This document shows, in pieces, positions 50,173 through 64,000 of a stretch of DNA of 64,000 nucleotides. Position numbers and translations under genes: made by a program. The notes below the pieces were generated by a model that saw nothing but the letters and a program-made list of their open reading frames with translations, made no database searches and was not told the origin of the DNA. Origin of the DNA: Amoebidium appalachense (Eukaryota > Protista > Ichthyosporea); contig CAVNZM010000002.1 of assembly GCA_963693365.1 (NCBI GenBank), forward strand, positions 7,036,454-7,100,453, in the 5' to 3' direction. Numbering within the stretch: position 1 is the stretch's first letter; every line of letters starts with the position of its first letter.

Positions 50173-51333
50173 ATTCTCTCCCTTCTACCCCTCCACACAC
50201 GGCTATTTCTATTTCTAAGGGGGTTTACAATTCCCAACCCCGTGTAGTGGTTTTTTAATGATTATTATTCTTTAGACCCTGAATGCATGAATGTAACCAT
50301 GTGTGAATGCGTGTATGTAGGCCTCGTGTGTTGCATTGTTGCAGTATATATACCATCCTTTTCGGTATCATTAAAAAATATCGTCTTAGCATAGATAGAT
50401 AGCGAATCTATTCCCAACTCTGTACATACACACTGCACACCATTTGGTGTTCTTGTTCTGTCTGACCTGTTGAAGCTGTGTGCAGAATCGGTTGTCGGGT
50501 TGCAGTAACGAATATGCGGCATGTGCACTGTGTGCAACACGTGTGGATTAAATGCAAAACCCTGACTGGTACAGTGTCTGTACATGTATTGGAGTTATCA
50601 TTAGGAGTTTTAAAGAAAGTCTGAGTGCCCAGGTATGCTGGCAACATAATGAAGCTGGTTTGAGACGAGCCTGTAGAAATTATACAGCTATCATGTATAG
50701 GTCCACCATTTTGTTCTTTAGCATGTGTGTGTGTCCGTGTGTGTACGCGTGGACATGTGTGTGTGTGTGTACGTGTGTGTGTGTGTGTGTGTGTGCGTGT
50801 GTGTGTGTGCGTGTCACGGTGTGCACATGTGACGGTGTGTGTGCGTGTGAGCTGGACGCGTGTGTCATGTCGGACAGGCAGGTCACTCAGTTTAGGGAGC
50901 CAAATACAGTTTCGTTACAAAAAGAAGTCGTCGTATTCATCTTGTCCTAAACATGAAATAAAACCAAAAGCCTACCTACACCCCATTCTATTTAAATTGT
51001 TTCTGGAAATTAAGGGGAGTTGTTTTCCATGAGACCTTGATGATACAGGACCGGAAAGGCTCGATAGATGCACACAATTCACAACATGCAGGCCGGGAGG
51101 TTTGAGGGGATTTGCGATGATGCGCACGCATCTAATGAAATCGCCCAAATAAATACGAATAGATCTAGATTGCTGTGTTTTACGCTGGCCTGTGCACGTG
51201 CAGCTGCAGCTGGGCACTACTATGCCAGTAGTTGGTAGACTTGACTAAACTAAGCTTGTCGATTAATTCTGCCTTTCCAAAACTCCATTCTCTTCTTGGC
51301 AGTTGTGCCTGTCGAAAGCTCCGTCTTCAGAAC

Positions 51334-51374
<41 letters not shown>

Positions 51375-51447
51375 CCCCCTCCCCCCCCCAGTCCCATTAA
51401 TTCCCCGATACCTTTTCCCCTTCCCGCTTCATTTCCACGCCCAAACC

Positions 51448-60539
<9,092 letters not shown>

Positions 60540-61462
60540 GGATTTGATTGGGTGGCTGATTGATCTGGATCTAGATTGGATTGGATGTATTTGGAGGGTG
60601 GGTGGGCTGTGGATCTATTTTTAGATTAGATTGGATTAGATTTTTAGGTGTGATGGGGGGGGCGGGGAAGGAGGATGGGGGGGGGGGGGGGGGGGGGGGG
60701 GGCTATATGCGTTGAGTGACCGAACGTGCATGAATGATAATGAGGCAGAGGGGATTTTTGCTGTGGCTCTTTTTTGATTTTTGTTGGATGTCCTGTTTGA
60801 TATTTTCGCCTATGATTGTTCTATCTCGCTTATGAATTGTTTTAATTTCACTATGATTATATGATTAGGTATAGTATCCCTGGTCATGGAATCTTAATAA
60901 TATCCCGTTCTACGGTTACTCTCTGTGGATATGTATCATCGGACACATAACATTACTGGTAAACCTAACCACCTTAGCTTAGCTATAGCTAGGGTATTGC
61001 ACAGTATGAATGTGATTGTGGAATACGTAAGCAAACAAAGATACAGCTGACGTATGGCTGGCTTATACGAATTTTACTGCAGTACGCTATATACTCTTCA
61101 AATCGCCCAAATAGACAAATAAAGAGGCTCTATGATTTGTCAACATTCCTGAGATTTTTTGTTTACGAACGGGTTCAAGCGAGCGCTCTGCAAACTAATT
61201 CGTCATGATGACCAAAGTAATCTCGACCACAGGTAGACGTCGACGGGCACAAAGATCTCAACCCCCCCCCCCCCTCTCTCCCCTCCCCCGTCCCCCCCCC
61301 CCCAACATAAAAAAATAAACACACTCAAAAAACATGGAAACTAAACCAATGTGCGCACTAGTACTGCAGGCAAGAGATACTTGAACATGCAGAGCCCATC
61401 TTCAAGCTCTCACCACTGGTTTTGAGGGATGAGGGAGAGGGAGGGAGGGAGAGGGGGGAGGG

Positions 61463-61503
<41 letters not shown>

Positions 61504-61881
61504 GGGGGAGCCTCCGGGGACGAAGCTGGTTTGTTTGCCTATTCAATTACTTGAAGGCCGGGGCTGGCCGTGATGTATCCAAATATAGAAATTTGGGCGG
61601 GAAGTTTTGGCGCGTAAAAAAAAAGGCTTTATAAAAATAAAATAAAAGTAGAAATAAATGACCGTCACTCGAGCCTATTACTATCAACATGTAGTGTGAG
61701 GCTAGTACTTAGGATGTCAATCACTGGGGTCTACCTTGGACTGGAGAACTTTTTTAATCTAATGAATCGCCACAACTCTCATACTTCATAGCACGTGTTT
61801 CTGGGTCAACTGTTTACAGAATCTCGAGCATCACACCTGGACACCTATATATGTGTAGCCCCATTCAACCCATGCACTCAG

Positions 61882-61914
<33 letters not shown>

Positions 61915-62099
61915 TTCCCCTCCCCCGCCCCTTCCCCTCACATCCGGGTACACAGAAATAGCCTTTTGAACACACAGTCAAAGGTCATCCTGTCACAGTA
62001 ATAGACTATTAGTCCGTGTGGTCTCCTCTGCGCCAATTATAGGCATGCCAACTCCACGGTGCACACTTTATAGATAAACGATCCACGAATGCAATGTCA

Positions 62100-62138
<39 letters not shown>

Positions 62139-62980
62139 TGCGCTCCCACCTCACACCAAGAAGAAGCCCCCGGGCCTGGTTCTATTGATCTCAGTTTCGT
62201 TCTGACAAATCAGCCTCGTAAGGGTAGGCACATTTGTGGCTCACAAAAGTACGCGTGGACATATTTACATACACACCCCGAAACTGTGCAGTCACCTGTC
62301 AAGATATACTACTTACTACCGTAATCTATGTTTTGAAGCGAACACCAAGGAAGTTCGGAATCCCAAGCCCAATATTAATTGCAACCTATAGCTAACTAAC
62401 GCTCTCTTGTGACTCAAGTGGCAACATAACCAAACCTTGCTATTCATGTATTAGCTCAGCCTAATATATAGATAGTGTGCCGAATATGAGGTACCGGTGT
62501 ACATTTAACGGTCGAATCCGAGATCTAGCAATAGTTTAAGACCCAACACCAATCATTGAATACAATATCAACTTAATTATAATCATGGTACATAATCCCG
62601 CTGGGCTGCGCCAGGGCAAGCACGTACTCATCCGATCTGTCGTATCTACGGACTTGGATGAACCAAACTTGTGTCGCTGCAGCCTCCGCACTTAGTACCA
62701 GTCTTTGGGAATTCGTGTCTCACGTGTGTATACAGTGCAAACAAATCGTGTATGTTAAATTTGTGCGATTAAAATTGTGCACACGGTTAATATTGGGGGG
62801 GGGGGGGGGGGGGATGTGTATGTGGTTGAAATTGAACGAATTTTGTCTATGTGGTTGAATTTATGTATGTGGTTGTGTGCTTTGTAACATCTGCCCTAAT
62901 GTTAACATCGTTTGCAAGTTTATGTATATATGATATGTGTTTTTTGGGGAACTCCCTGGTTGGTGGCACCTGCCAAACCG

Positions 62981-64000
62981 TTAGGCAATAATAGGCACGT
63001 CCCTGTTATCCCCGTGCGACGTAGTGCCCCTCTCCATTGTGTTTCTCTCCTGCGCCATTCTCATTCTCCACAAAGACACCTGCTGACTGATGGGCAAATC
63101 TGCATCCCCGCTACCAACGTCCTTAGGAATCTGCAGCGCCGAACCATCCTTCGGTGCAGCAACATGAACTAAGTCTCTCCTTGAAGCTGCCTCATTTCCA
63201 TATTCACCGTTTTGGTTCTGTCTGCGCCGCCTATAGCAGAAAAACCCCACAAGGCCCAAAACAACCACCGCCGCGCCTACAGCAATGCCCGCAATGGCAC
63301 CGACTGGCAGACCCGAGCTACCGTTGTCCGAACACTCCCCCAGGGTGCATTCCTGAGATCTTGTCTCATCACTGCACCTATGTCCCGACGAATCCTTGCA
63401 ATGACGGACAGACGTAGCTGTACCATATCCACACCCGACCGAACAAGCCCCCCAGTCTGCCCATTCCTCACAGACAATACCAGGGCAGGCTCCCGCAGGC
63501 CCACAATCGTTTGAATTGCACATACCCTCGTACGTCCTGTTTGCAGAGGTGCACTCGGGTGTGTCTGGACACGTACGCGTACGTGTGTGGATGCCCCCTC
63601 CGCACGTGACCGAGCACGTGTTCCAGTCACTCCATGCCTCACACGTGCACACACCATCGCAGGTGGGTAGGTCGGGACATCCTTCCATGGATATAGTCGT
63701 GCATGTGGTAGGGGTAGTGGGAGGACACGTACGTGTGCGTGTGTGCGTGCTGCTTCCGCATGTGGCGGAACACGCACTCCACTCTCCCCACGGCCCGCAC
63801 GCAACACATGGGTCGCATGGCGTAAGGATGCAATCTGCCGTGTCGTTGTTTCGCCTGCTGTCGCACGCCGCCCCCGTGACTGAATCTGTACACGTGCGCG
63901 TGCGTGTGTGCGTGCCCGTCCCACAGGTAACCGAGCATGTTCCCCATTCACTCCACTGGCCACAATCACATGTAGGAGCTGTAGGAGTAGCCGTTGTTGT
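62981..64000 (-). CDS. Type I membrane protein with at least 4 thrombospondin type-1 (TSP1) repeats; 5' part outside the window
   Basis: The frame is open from the window edge: TTTATPTAPT, then four WSxWxxCSxxCG..TRTRxC repeats (GQWSEWGTCSVTCG, GPWGEWSACSATCG, EAWSDWNTCSVTCG, EEWADWGACSVGCG), TM GAIAGIAVGAAVVVLGLVGFFCY, RRRR stop-transfer, and a cytoplasmic tail of about 80 aa. Confidence 0.9.
   Translation of the reverse strand, partial: TTTATPTAPTCDCGQWSEWGTCSVTCGTGTHTRTRTCTDSVTGAACDSRRNNDTADCILTPCDPCVACGPWGEWSACSATCGSSTHTRTRTCPPTTPTTCTTISMEGCPDLPTCDGVCTCEAWSDWNTCSVTCGGGIHTRTRTCPDTPECTSANRTYEGMCNSNDCGPAGACPGIVCEEWADWGACSVGCGYGTATSVRHCKDSSGHRCSDETRSQECTLGECSDNGSSGLPVGAIAGIAVGAAVVVLGLVGFFCYRRRRQNQNGEYGNEAASRRDLVHVAAPKDGSALQIPKDVGSGDADLPISQQVSLWRMRMAQERNTMERGTTSHGDNRDVPIIA

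Noticed and set aside
50173-51447. Upstream DHNA exons of a trifunctional FOL1
   Set aside because: No DHNA-like peptide was seen in any frame between the QSOX stop and the HPPK ATG.

Overview
Eukaryotic, intron-dense genomic window whose introns are saturated with (CA)n/(GT)n, (CT)n/(GA)n and long C/G homopolymers. Most ORFs in the supplied track are artefacts of these repeats. Manual splicing gives six genes: an intronless class C GPCR-like gene (4297-5622 +), PRKRIP1 (4 exons, -), a SUN-domain SUCO/Slp1-like membrane protein (about 18 exons, +), a two-thioredoxin QSOX (18 exons, +), a bifunctional HPPK-DHPS folate enzyme (10 exons, +, one apparent 1-nt frameshift) and a TSP1-repeat membrane protein running off the right edge (-). 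Animal-type QSOX, class C GPCR and TSP1 together with de novo folate synthesis suggest a unicellular holozoan (inference). Two observations stand out. (1) A multi-subfamily, 5'-truncated retroelement-like family has 3' ends that run directly into poly(C) instead of poly(A), and is stacked head-to-tail with a Penelope-like RT fragment. (2) The splicing architecture is unusual: no intron under about 375 nt, degenerate donors including two CAG|GCACGT GC donors, many acceptors without a polypyrimidine tract, and microsatellites abutting splice sites. Caveat: some homopolymers look like consensus errors.
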